From Pseudomonadota bacterium (GTDB lineage: Bacteria; Pseudomonadota; Alphaproteobacteria; Caulobacterales; Hyphomonadaceae): DNA of 64,000 nt. Made by a program: the position numbers and the translations under genes. The notes beneath the pieces are model-generated. The model saw nothing but the letters and a program-made list of their open reading frames with translations. It was not told the origin of the DNA and searched no databases. How positions within the stretch are numbered: position 1 is the first letter of the stretch; the number at the start of each line of letters is the position of its first letter. Where the stretch lies: assembly GCA_038531165.1 (NCBI GenBank), contig JBCBBZ010000011.1, positions 1,028-65,027 on the forward strand. Reading direction: 5' to 3'. Below are positions 55,669-64,000 of the stretch, in pieces.

Positions 55669-57927
55669 ATGACCTATAAGGACCGCTCGGTATGCGACCC
55701 GAATTGCCATGCCAATCCGAAATGCGGTTTGGCGGTCACGGTAGAAGACGGCAAAATCACATCTGTGGGCGCAGCCGACTATCCGATCCCTGGTTACGAA
55801 AACCGGATCTGCCTTATGGGGCGTTCGCGACTCGAATATCAATACCATCCCGACCGGTTAACCAGGCCTTTAAAGCGGATCGGCGCCCGCGGTGAGGGCA
55901 AGTGGGAAGAAATTTCCTGGGACGAAGCGGTATCGCTGTTCGTTGAGAAACAAAAAGAGATTACCGCCAAGTATGGGTCACAAGCTGTTTTGTTCTCGCA
56001 ATCTTCCGGCGCTTTTGGGCTTTTAACCCGAGGCTCAGCGCTCCGCTATTCAGGGCTGACAAACGCAACCTCGATCCGCCCGAGCGGTGTGGATTATGGT
56101 GTTGCCAAAGGACTCGAATACGCCTTCGGGATCAGCGCAGCGAGCTTTTTCGGACCAGGCGGTCATTCCTTCACTGACGCCAAGAATTCCGATTTGACGA
56201 TCATCTGGGGCTGTAATCCTGCGGTGACGCGTAGCGTCGATCACAGCGCGCTGAAGGATGCACGCAAATCCGGAACAAAACTGATCTGCCTTGATCCAGT
56301 AAACAGCGAGACCGCCAAATTGTGCGATGAGTGGATTTCACTGGAACCTGGTACGGATGGCGCCCTGGCCCTCGCAATGGCGCATGACATTATCGAGCAT
56401 GGACTGTTCGACGAAGCCTTTCTCCGCCAGCATTCCAACATGCCATTCCTTGTCAACACTGAGACCGGCGCTCTGTTGCGAGGCAAGGACCTCACTGGCG
56501 GAGACAGCTCAGAGCCACTGGTTTGGTGTTCGGAATGCGACGCGCCCGTTCCTCTGTCGAAAGCGCACAGCCCGCAATTGCAAGCGTCTGCGAGCGTTAA
56601 GCTGGCGACCGGCGAAGACGTTTCAGCCAAATCCGTCTTCTCTTTGACCGAAGAGCTTGTCGCTCAACATCCGCCAGCTGAAGCGGCCGAGCGCACCGGC
56701 GTCCCGGCTACGACGATATCCGACCTTGCTGAGCGTTATGCCAAAGCCGGCCGCGCTTCGATCCGGATCGGCTATGGTGTCGATCGTTGGTATCATGCCG
56801 ACCTGACCGGGCGCGCCATCGCGATGCTCGCAACCCTTTGCGGCTATATTGGCCTTCCCGGCGGCGGTGTAAGTTTGGTGGATGGTGGCAAAAGCGTGCC
56901 AGTGAAAGGCAGCCGCTTCTATATGGCGGATGGGAAGCTGCCGAAGTTCTTGAACGCGATGGAGGCCGATGAAGCGGTGCGCGAGGGAACTCCTTATCCC
57001 ATCAAGATGGAATGCGTATCGCTCGGCAATCCCTACAACCAAGTGAAGCCCAACCGAAACAAAGTGCTCAAAGACTATATTGGCGGCTTGGAGTTCATTG
57101 CGGTCATCGATCACTTCATGACGGACACCGCCAAACAAGCCGATCTCGTCCTTCCGGCTTGCACCGTTTTCGAGCGTACGGACATCGTCGTCGATAAGTT
57201 CATCCAGCTCCAGCAGCGCATTGTCGAACCGCTTGGTGAGACCAAATCGGATTTCGAGATTTTCCAGGCCTTTGCGCGCGCTTATGGCATTGGCGAATAT
57301 TTCGAGAAGACGCCGGAAGCCTATATTGACGATATGCTGGATGCGCCCTCACCGCTGCTCGATGGCATTGATTTCAAGCGTCTTCAGAAAGAGAAAGTCA
57401 TCTATCCCTGGCCGTCCGATGAGCCGTTCGTTGGTCTCGCCGATCGCAACTTTCCGACCCCTTCTGGGCGTATTGAGATCTATAAGGAAGACCAAGTCGA
57501 ATACGCTTCCGAGCTGCCTGTGTTCAAGGAGCCGATCGAAGCGACCCGCAAGAACCCGCTTTTCCAGAAATATCCCTTGATGCTCCTCTCTTCGCATAGC
57601 CGTTACCGGATCCACTCCACCTTTGCGAATATGGAGACGGTGAAACGGCATGAGCCAGAGCCAATTGTCAGGATCCACCCGAGAGACGCAAAACAGAGAA
57701 CAATCGAAGACGGGTCAATCGTCGAGCTGCGCAATGACCGGCATTTTTTGAAGATCAAATGCCGTATCGATGATGGACTTCGCGAAGGGTGCGTCTTGGT
57801 CAGCGAGGGGCACTGGATCGATCAATTCATCGAAGGCGACCCGTACGGGCTCACCCATGATCACTCGAGCCCGACGACCGAAAACTACGCCCACTATGAC
57901 GTGCTGGTCGAAATGAGCGCGACCTAA
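55669..57927 (+). CDS. Molybdopterin (bis-MGD) oxidoreductase, DMSO-reductase superfamily, cytoplasmic
   Basis: 752 aa. N-terminal Cys cluster CDPNCHANPKCG...ICLMG, no Tat signal, and a C-terminal molydopterin dinucleotide-binding-like beta-barrel region (VRIHPRDA...GSIVELRNDRHFLKIKCRIDDGLREGCVLV). Confidence 0.8.
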   Translation: MTYKDRSVCDPNCHANPKCGLAVTVEDGKITSVGAADYPIPGYENRICLMGRSRLEYQYHPDRLTRPLKRIGARGEGKWEEISWDEAVSLFVEKQKEITAKYGSQAVLFSQSSGAFGLLTRGSALRYSGLTNATSIRPSGVDYGVAKGLEYAFGISAASFFGPGGHSFTDAKNSDLTIIWGCNPAVTRSVDHSALKDARKSGTKLICLDPVNSETAKLCDEWISLEPGTDGALALAMAHDIIEHGLFDEAFLRQHSNMPFLVNTETGALLRGKDLTGGDSSEPLVWCSECDAPVPLSKAHSPQLQASASVKLATGEDVSAKSVFSLTEELVAQHPPAEAAERTGVPATTISDLAERYAKAGRASIRIGYGVDRWYHADLTGRAIAMLATLCGYIGLPGGGVSLVDGGKSVPVKGSRFYMADGKLPKFLNAMEADEAVREGTPYPIKMECVSLGNPYNQVKPNRNKVLKDYIGGLEFIAVIDHFMTDTAKQADLVLPACTVFERTDIVVDKFIQLQQRIVEPLGETKSDFEIFQAFARAYGIGEYFEKTPEAYIDDMLDAPSPLLDGIDFKRLQKEKVIYPWPSDEPFVGLADRNFPTPSGRIEIYKEDQVEYASELPVFKEPIEATRKNPLFQKYPLMLLSSHSRYRIHSTFANMETVKRHEPEPIVRIHPRDAKQRTIEDGSIVELRNDRHFLKIKCRIDDGLREGCVLVSEGHWIDQFIEGDPYGLTHDHSSPTTENYAHYDVLVEMSAT

Positions 57928-57933
57928 GCGGCC

Positions 57934-58425
57934 TCACGCCGCCTGCGCGTTATACTTGTCCATATAGGCGCGCAGCATGTCGGCGCCTTCTTGGCTTTTT
58001 CCGTCAATTCGGAAGGGCAGCACATCCACTTGCAGCCGTTCTTGATCGACAACATAGTTGAAGAAGTCCTTGTCTTCCTCGGTCGCAATGTCCGCCAGTT
58101 CTTGGAGCTGATCGCAATATTTCGCGGTCTCCTTCAGCATGTATTTCATGACCGAGGTTTCGGAGATGAGCCGCGCGGCGACATCGCCAATCCGGGCTTG
58201 CAGCTTGGCGCCAAAGCCTGGCTCCAGGCTGAAACCATATTTCTTTGCAACCGGCGCAAAGTTCCTCTTGTGAAATTCTTCCCAGTCGAGCCAGGCAGAA
58301 TACCAGACGACATCATCAGGTTTCTTGACACGCTTCATCATGATCTTGGTGGCGTAAAGCGCAAAGGCCCGGTTCTGGATTTCTGCTTCGAATAATTTCA
58401 AGAATTTCGGATCTGGTTGAGTCAT
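57934..58425 (-). CDS. Hypothetical all-helical protein, paralogue of the upstream gene
   Basis: 163 aa with no recognisable motif. Aligns with the 58472..59011 product (LDWEEFHKRNFAPVAKKYGFS ~ LQLETEGKARLRPMMSKLGIS; ELADIATEEDKDFFNYVVDQE ~ ELATLVTEEEDAEAYRLATFMGDHE). Confidence 0.5.
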   Translation of the reverse strand: MTQPDPKFLKLFEAEIQNRAFALYATKIMMKRVKKPDDVVWYSAWLDWEEFHKRNFAPVAKKYGFSLEPGFGAKLQARIGDVAARLISETSVMKYMLKETAKYCDQLQELADIATEEDKDFFNYVVDQERLQVDVLPFRIDGKSQEGADMLRAYMDKYNAQAA

Positions 58426-58471
58426 GGCCTACCCCGCAATGTGTTCGAGTGGATCTGAGCAACTGAGAACG

Positions 58472-59011
58472 TCATCCCTCGTCCCAGACTGGCCCTTCAC
58501 CATAGTTTGCTGGCTTCAAAAGCGGGAATTGAAGAAGATCTACAACTGGCGCAATCGGATTTGGCTTGTCCGCCGCTAAGTTTGCGGTCGCAACCATAAT
58601 TGCATATTCATGGTCACCCATGAAAGTCGCCAGCCGATAGGCTTCGGCATCCTCTTCTTCTGTCACAAGAGTCGCGAGCTCGCGATACTTCGCCAGGAAC
58701 TCCGCCTCGATGCCAGCCGCCATCGCTGCGAACTGATCCTTCCAGGGCATGTGCGCCATGGATTCAACCAAAGCCGCGGCATCCGCCTTTGCCTTAGCAT
58801 CCTCAGCGGTCGAGATTCCGAGTTTCGACATCATCGGCCTAAGCCGTGCTTTGCCCTCAGTCTCCAACTGCAAGAAGGAGCCAATGACATATTTCTGTTT
58901 GTCGTCTTCCGCGCTGCGGAGAACCGCGTCGAAGATGGCTTCGCCTTCTTGTTCGCCGCGATAAATATCGATCAAGCACTCTTGGTATAATTTGCTCACC
59001 ATAAGCGACAC
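58472..59011 (-). CDS. Hypothetical all-helical protein (possible four-helix-bundle/ferritin-like)
   Basis: 179 aa, acidic, helical composition. First gene of a two-gene unit. Confidence 0.5.
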   Translation of the reverse strand: MSLMVSKLYQECLIDIYRGEQEGEAIFDAVLRSAEDDKQKYVIGSFLQLETEGKARLRPMMSKLGISTAEDAKAKADAAALVESMAHMPWKDQFAAMAAGIEAEFLAKYRELATLVTEEEDAEAYRLATFMGDHEYAIMVATANLAADKPNPIAPVVDLLQFPLLKPANYGEGPVWDEG

Positions 59012-59219
59012 TCCCTCATAAATGTCCGTTCTAATAATTTGACCGAAGCGAAGCGTTCATGGGCGGTCTTACCGACAAGGAAAATGACGCCCCAGTGTCC
59101 TGGCTCAAAACTATCGCGCTTAAACACACGCTCAGACTCCCCTTACATCGGTTTCGGACCCGGTTAGACCCCGGTTTGGATACGCTTTCATACCTGCCTC
59201 ACTCTGCTTCAAATTGCAA

Positions 59220-59231
59220 TCGTGATCACAA
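59220..59231. promoter_or_regulatory. Motif-B site TCGTGATCACAA(TAT)
   Basis: In the divergent gap between the helical-protein pair (-) and the MFS (+). Confidence 0.5.
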
Positions 59232-59320
59232 TATTTCGAAATAACTGAAGCAATTGTCGGTTCAGAGCTTGACACTTAAAGCCGTCTCAGACCGAACATG
59301 TTTGGCGTTTTTGAAAGGAA

Positions 59321-60493
59321 GTGGGCAGCGTGGGAAAGAATCCGATTGGCACCGTCCTCGCCTTAAGCTTTGTCAGCGCGACGGCGTTGCTAATCCTCAA
59401 TCTACAACCCCAATTCATTGGATCGGTCGGGCGAGAGTTCGAATTGAGTGATGTTGAGCTCGGCTATTTTGCGACCTGGCCTCTATTAGCGTCGGTTGTG
59501 GTGTTCGTGTCAGCGCCGATATGGCTCTACCGCTTCTCCATGCAAACACTGATTTACTTCGGCGGTATCGTCGCGGTTTGCGCGCTTCTGGCGATGACAT
59601 TGACGAGCACCATTTTGCCGCTGACCCTGTGTTTTGTGGTGTATGTCATCGGCATTTCAATCATTCAGGTGCCGGCCCTGGTCGCGTTGGGGCAGATGCC
59701 AGACCCGGAGTCAGCGTTTGGCGCCTATGTGGCGGCGTCCGTCCTTTTGGCCGGCGTGCTTGCTTTTTTGATCCCAGCCTTTGTCGAACCCGCTTTTGGC
59801 TTCCATGGCTTTCTAGGCTTGATCGCCTTGACCACCATCGCGTCGATCTTCTGTGTTCGCAGCCTGTCCGATCGCCCCCTTCAAGCCGATGAAGACAGCG
59901 TTGATTCTAAGGAGGCGACTGTCTGGACCCCTCGTATTTTTGTGGCGCTCGTCGGGCTGGCGATTTTCTATCTCGGCATTATGGCGTCATGGTCGTTTTT
60001 GGAGCGCGTAGGCGAACAGGCCGGATTAGAGGACGGCGCCGCCCTTGGTCTGAGCTTCGGCTTAGCGCTTCTTTTCGGCGCTTTGGGTCCGCTGGCTGGC
60101 GCCCATTTTGGAGATCGCATTTCCGCACCGCTCGCAATCATGCTCACCGCAGCGATGTTTCTCGGATTCATCTTATTGTTGACTGTCGGGAATTTAGACA
60201 TGGTGAAGTTTGCGCTTGCTTTGATCGCCTTCAATATTGCTTGGAACTTTGGCATCACATATTTGTTGGCTGTCGCCAGCAAGGCCGATTCCTCTGGCCG
60301 GGGGTTTGCCCTCGCGCCGGCAGCCATGTCGATCGGAGCAGCCTTCGGACCGGCTCTGGGCGGAAACGCACTGTCCGCCTATGGTGCGACAGGCTTGTTC
60401 GCGGCGTTTGGTGGTGTGCTCGCACTTGCCTTCATGGCGATGTTGTGGGTCGATTCTCAAAGCAAGAAACAGGCTTTAAAGGGCCAATTGTGA
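59321..60493 (+). CDS. MFS transporter
   Basis: About 12 hydrophobic helices. GTG start. Confidence 0.7.
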   Translation: MGSVGKNPIGTVLALSFVSATALLILNLQPQFIGSVGREFELSDVELGYFATWPLLASVVVFVSAPIWLYRFSMQTLIYFGGIVAVCALLAMTLTSTILPLTLCFVVYVIGISIIQVPALVALGQMPDPESAFGAYVAASVLLAGVLAFLIPAFVEPAFGFHGFLGLIALTTIASIFCVRSLSDRPLQADEDSVDSKEATVWTPRIFVALVGLAIFYLGIMASWSFLERVGEQAGLEDGAALGLSFGLALLFGALGPLAGAHFGDRISAPLAIMLTAAMFLGFILLLTVGNLDMVKFALALIAFNIAWNFGITYLLAVASKADSSGRGFALAPAAMSIGAAFGPALGGNALSAYGATGLFAAFGGVLALAFMAMLWVDSQSKKQALKGQL

Positions 60494-60499
60494 TCACGA
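60488..60499. promoter_or_regulatory. Motif-B site (inverted) TTGTGATCACGA
   Basis: The reverse complement reads TCGTGATCACAAT. It overlaps the MFS stop codon in the convergent MFS/P450 gap, so its role is unclear. Confidence 0.3.
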
Positions 60500-60597
60500 A
60501 GAAATGAAATTTCAGCGCTCCCCATCACCCCCATCAAAACCTTAAAAGTCAGCTACACCGAAGCTTGCTCTGAGATCGCGCCGAGTGATGCATTGGG

Positions 60598-61872
60598 TCA
60601 TGCAACGGTCTCCAGTGACAAGGCCATGTCGATCGGGAGTGATTTAATCCCGCCGACGAAATTTGCCTGCATGTATTTTGGCGCACCGCTGAGTTTCAAC
60701 GTGTCGACGCGCGCGGCCAATGCTTTGAGAAAGGCCGTTATCTCCTGCCGCGCGAGATGCATCCCGAGGCACATGTGCGCGCCATGGCCGAAAGCCGCGT
60801 GCCGTGTACTTTGATCGCGGTCAATATTAAAGTGATGAGGGTCCTCGAAGACATCTTCATCACGACTTCCGGACGGATACCAAAGAATCACAGACTCGCC
60901 GGCATTGATCGGCTTGCCCCCAAGCGTCGTGTCGTGCGCTGCTGTCCGAATGAAGTGACGCACCGCAGAAGCATATCGGATCGCCTCCTCCGTCACCAAA
61001 GGAACAACAGTATCTGGATCCGACTTCAATCGAGCGAACAGCTCAGGATCCTTCGCCAATTGGTGAACCGCCTCTGACAAGGAATAACTGGTTGTGTCAT
61101 GGCCCGCCGTTGCAACGATGATGTAGTAGCCAAGCTTGGCCATATCATCGAGCGGTTCACCATCAACGACCGCATTTGCAACAATTGAGGCGACGTCATC
61201 CTTGGGATCCGCCATTTTCGCTTTCGTGAGCTCGGTGAAGTAGGCAAACATTTCAAGAATGGTCTGCTCTTGCGCGGCGTCAGCGCTAACACCCTCTTCA
61301 ACATCGCGGCGCGTGTCAGGATCTTCGGGACCGAAGAGCTCTTGGGTCAGGCGCAAGAGCATTCCATAGTCGCCTTCAGGAACACCAAGGACATCCATGA
61401 TCACACGAAGTGGATACTCTGTCGCGACATCGCTAGCAAAATCACAATTGCCATTCCGCGCGTCGATTTCTGAAAAGGCACGCTCAACAGAACCGCCGAT
61501 CTTAGACTGCAGTTTGCTCAAATTCTTCGGCATAAACCAAGACTGGGTAAGAAGACGCAGCTTCATATGCTCTGGCGCATCATAAGTAACTAGCGATCGA
61601 ATGCGATTAAGCGAGCCGCCGGTTTCTTCCCGGATCTGCGTTTCTTGTTCGCGATTGAAAATGATCAAGCGGGGTTCGTTCAAAAAGTCCTTGGTTCTGC
61701 GCTCTACATCAAAAATATCGGCGTGCTTGGTGACGTGCCAAAGATCTGGAAAGATCGCGCTCTCGCAAAAATGGACAGGGTCTTCCGCTCGCATTTGGGC
61801 AAAGAGTTTGTGGATTGCGTCGTTGTCGCTCCAGCTGCTGGGGTCGTAAAGTTGTGATGCGTCAAATGACAA
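60598..61872 (-). CDS. Cytochrome P450 monooxygenase
   Basis: Heme-binding FGHGAHMCLGMHLA; I-helix ATAGHDTTS; ExxR (EEAIRY). Confidence 0.9.
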   Translation of the reverse strand: MSFDASQLYDPSSWSDNDAIHKLFAQMRAEDPVHFCESAIFPDLWHVTKHADIFDVERRTKDFLNEPRLIIFNREQETQIREETGGSLNRIRSLVTYDAPEHMKLRLLTQSWFMPKNLSKLQSKIGGSVERAFSEIDARNGNCDFASDVATEYPLRVIMDVLGVPEGDYGMLLRLTQELFGPEDPDTRRDVEEGVSADAAQEQTILEMFAYFTELTKAKMADPKDDVASIVANAVVDGEPLDDMAKLGYYIIVATAGHDTTSYSLSEAVHQLAKDPELFARLKSDPDTVVPLVTEEAIRYASAVRHFIRTAAHDTTLGGKPINAGESVILWYPSGSRDEDVFEDPHHFNIDRDQSTRHAAFGHGAHMCLGMHLARQEITAFLKALAARVDTLKLSGAPKYMQANFVGGIKSLPIDMALSLETVA

Positions 61873-61894
61873 TATTACCTCCTACCAATTCTGA

Positions 61895-62608
61895 TTACCG
61901 TTTTAAAAACTGCTTGATCTCCGCTTGGATGATGTCTTGGTCGACCGACTGCTCGAGTGTCCCCAAAGAGTGGGTCGCAAAGCCTGGATCTAGCATTGAT
62001 GGGGTGCGCAGCTCAATCAAGTCGCGGACATAATCGCGCGTGAATTCTGGATGCGCCTGGAAGGAGATAGCGATATCTTCATATGCCAATCCGGCAATCG
62101 CACAAAACTCAGAGTGCGCAATGACCTTTGCTCCTGGCGGCGGGGCGACAATCTGGTCTTGATGCCAAGCACACAGAGAGATCGGCGCCTGCGCCCCATC
62201 TTGGCGCGCTAGCGCATAATCCATAACGCCAATACCAAATCCTTTGTCGCTTTTTTCCACAACGCCGCCTAAGGCCCTGGCAATGATCTGGTGACCGAAA
62301 CAAATGCCAATCAGCTTTTGTTTGCGGGAATAGGCTTCGCGGATCAGCGTCTCCAAACGTGGGATCCAGTCATACGCCTCATAAACACCGTGCCGAGACC
62401 CAGTGATCAAGAGCACATCATAAGCTTCGGGCTCGACCGGAAACTCCCCGTCTAAAATAGCATATGTCGTTGCCTCATTTGGCTTTAGACCAAGTAATGC
62501 TTTGCACATGCTGTCATAGTCGCCGTGTTGAGCTTGGAGCTCGTCCGGGGCGCGGCCTGTCTGCAAGACGGCAATGTTCAATCTGCGGGCGATGGCTTGA
62601 AGTGACAT
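61895..62608 (-). CDS. Class-I glutamine amidotransferase-like protein (gamma-glutamyl-amide hydrolase candidate)
   Basis: KLIGICFGHQIIARALGG nucleophile elbow (Cys-His). 237 aa. Confidence 0.75.
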   Translation of the reverse strand: MSLQAIARRLNIAVLQTGRAPDELQAQHGDYDSMCKALLGLKPNEATTYAILDGEFPVEPEAYDVLLITGSRHGVYEAYDWIPRLETLIREAYSRKQKLIGICFGHQIIARALGGVVEKSDKGFGIGVMDYALARQDGAQAPISLCAWHQDQIVAPPPGAKVIAHSEFCAIAGLAYEDIAISFQAHPEFTRDYVRDLIELRTPSMLDPGFATHSLGTLEQSVDQDIIQAEIKQFLKR

Positions 62609-62622
62609 GTCGATCTCCCCGC

Positions 62623-63981
62623 CTATACCGATGTCAGGTAGGCGCCATACTCAGTGGACGGAATATCGCGCGCCAGCGTGTCTCTCTCTTGCCGTTTGCC
62701 GGCGGCGTATACATCGACAAGTAAGTCACCGAAGACACTGCGCGCACGTGCCGATGCATCGAAACGGTCGATGGCAGCGTCCCAAGTCGTCGGTAATCTG
62801 GCACCATCCCCATCATAGGCGTTGCCAATCGATGGCGCGATCGGTCGGACTTCGGCCTCTATGCCGTCAAGCGCCGCACCGAGAATGGCGGCAAGCACCA
62901 AATACGGATTGGCATCGGCGCCGGCCACACGGTGTTCGACCCGCCGCGAGACATCAGATCCGGCCGGAATCCGCACCGCCACCGTCCGATTGTCATAGCC
63001 CCAGCTAACATTTGCCGGAGCATGCGACCCAATCCGCAGCCGTCGAAATGAATTTGCATGTGGCGCAAAGACAAGCATCGTTTCGGGCAGCGCCTCGAGC
63101 AGACCGTTCACGGCAAACTGAAGGGCGTCAGAACCCGCTTCATCACCACTCGAAAATATGTTCTGACCTTGTGTATCGAGCACACTCATATGGGTGTGAA
63201 ACCCATTCCCGGAATCTGTCGCATAAGGCTTGGCCATGAAGGTCACCCCCAGCCCGGCCTTTTGCGCAATGCGCTTCACGATGTACTTGAACAAAACAGC
63301 ATCATCGGCCGCCTTTAGTGGATCTGGCGCATGCGTGAAGGTGACTTCGAACTGACCGCTCCCGGCTTCAGAAATGGCCGTTTGCGCAGCAATGCCAGCC
63401 GCGGCGCAGGCTTCATAAATATGATCCAAAAAGGGCTCAAACGCATCGAGCTCATTGATTGAGTAAGTGTTCGCAGCTGGTTTGCTCTTAAGACGCGGAT
63501 CCGGCGACGGAGGACGCAAAACACCGTCCCCGGCATTTGGATCATAGAGGTAGAATTCGAGCTCAACGGCGCACACGGGCGTCAACCCCTTGGCTTGATA
63601 TCGATCTGCCACGCGGCGCAAGGCATTGCGAGGGTCAGCCGGATACGGCTCTCCACTGGTCAAGCTCATTGTGTGCTGGAAGATCGCTTCTTCTGTGCCG
63701 TCCTTGAACGACAGGACCAGCGGCCCGCGCTCTGTAAGCACGAGCTTCCCATCATGGTCCCCCGTTTCGAGCACACGTCCGGTGCTGTAGACATCGCGTC
63801 CCCAAATGTCGAAGAAGATCGACGTCAGCGGCATTTTTAGGCCGCCTGAGGCAACCATTTCGACTTCTGACACAGGCAAGCGTTTGCCACGAAACACACC
63901 ATTCAAGTCGCACACGATAGGTTTAAGCGTTTTCAAGGCTGGCCGCGCCTGAACCCAGTCTATGAGATCATTCTCCGTCAC
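62623..63981 (-). CDS. Glutamine synthetase-family gamma-glutamyl-amine ligase (PuuA/IpuC-like)
   Basis: GS motifs VELEFYLY, FMAKPY...GNGFHTHMSV, NSFRRL, WGYDNRTVAVRIP. Confidence 0.8.
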   Translation of the reverse strand: MTENDLIDWVQARPALKTLKPIVCDLNGVFRGKRLPVSEVEMVASGGLKMPLTSIFFDIWGRDVYSTGRVLETGDHDGKLVLTERGPLVLSFKDGTEEAIFQHTMSLTSGEPYPADPRNALRRVADRYQAKGLTPVCAVELEFYLYDPNAGDGVLRPPSPDPRLKSKPAANTYSINELDAFEPFLDHIYEACAAAGIAAQTAISEAGSGQFEVTFTHAPDPLKAADDAVLFKYIVKRIAQKAGLGVTFMAKPYATDSGNGFHTHMSVLDTQGQNIFSSGDEAGSDALQFAVNGLLEALPETMLVFAPHANSFRRLRIGSHAPANVSWGYDNRTVAVRIPAGSDVSRRVEHRVAGADANPYLVLAAILGAALDGIEAEVRPIAPSIGNAYDGDGARLPTTWDAAIDRFDASARARSVFGDLLVDVYAAGKRQERDTLARDIPSTEYGAYLTSV

Positions 63982-64000
63982 GCGCCCTGTCTCCTAAATG

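Noticed and set aside
1-64000. CRISPR arrays, tRNA/rRNA genes, retron/DGR-like reverse transcriptases, toxin-antitoxin pairs
   Set aside because: I saw no regularly spaced direct repeats, no cloverleaf-like or rRNA-like sequence, no RT (YxDD) ORF and no small two-gene cassettes. The scan was by eye, so small RNAs could have been missed.

Overview
This 64-kb window looks like an accessory region of a Gram-negative, proteobacterial-type genome (TonB-dependent receptor, RND/OMF efflux, Tat signals). It is densely coding. I recognised no rRNA, tRNA or CRISPR array.

Layout:
1. 1-5.9 kb: envelope and secreted proteins.
2. 6060-6869: an IS6-family element. It abuts a 5'-truncated beta-class DNA methyltransferase, a DUF5681-like phage gene and an Mrr-like PD-(D/E)xK protein.
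3. 9.5-16 kb: an RND efflux operon.
4. 16.5-40.7 kb: a catabolic block. It holds a PQQ dehydrogenase, nitronate monooxygenase, acyl-CoA dehydrogenase, acyl-CoA ligase, SDR, two membrane-anchored haloalkane-dehalogenase-like hydrolases, two GSTs, a TonB receptor, two Cys-type sulfatases, a GPH/MFS transporter, a TetR regulator, a Baeyer-Villiger monooxygenase, an HCCA-isomerase-like DsbA and an enoyl-CoA hydratase.
5. 40758-41567: a second, diverged IS6 copy in the same orientation, so 6060-41567 is IS6-bracketed.
6. 41.6-64 kb: an amine/polyamine catabolic block. It holds a SpdH-like Tat flavoprotein, NylB-like amidase, copper amine oxidase, PhyH oxygenase, acetylpolyamine-amidohydrolase-like HDAC, gabT, gabD, a cytoplasmic molybdoenzyme, and a P450 + GATase + glutamine-synthetase-like trio. 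It also contains several decayed genes and a 345-bp IS6 deletion derivative.

The strongest signals I found by eye are two families of intergenic palindromes:
- TTAATG-N5-CATTAA, ten sites, 16.5-34.5 kb.
- GTGATCACAA(T), five sites, 44-60.5 kb.

Each family appears to tie many transcription units into one regulon. The first regulon may amount to an undescribed IS-bracketed pathway for sulfated and/or halogenated aliphatic compounds. I saw no canonical defence system. The Mrr-like protein next to the broken methylase is the only defence candidate. All family calls rest on motifs read directly from the translations; no database search was possible.
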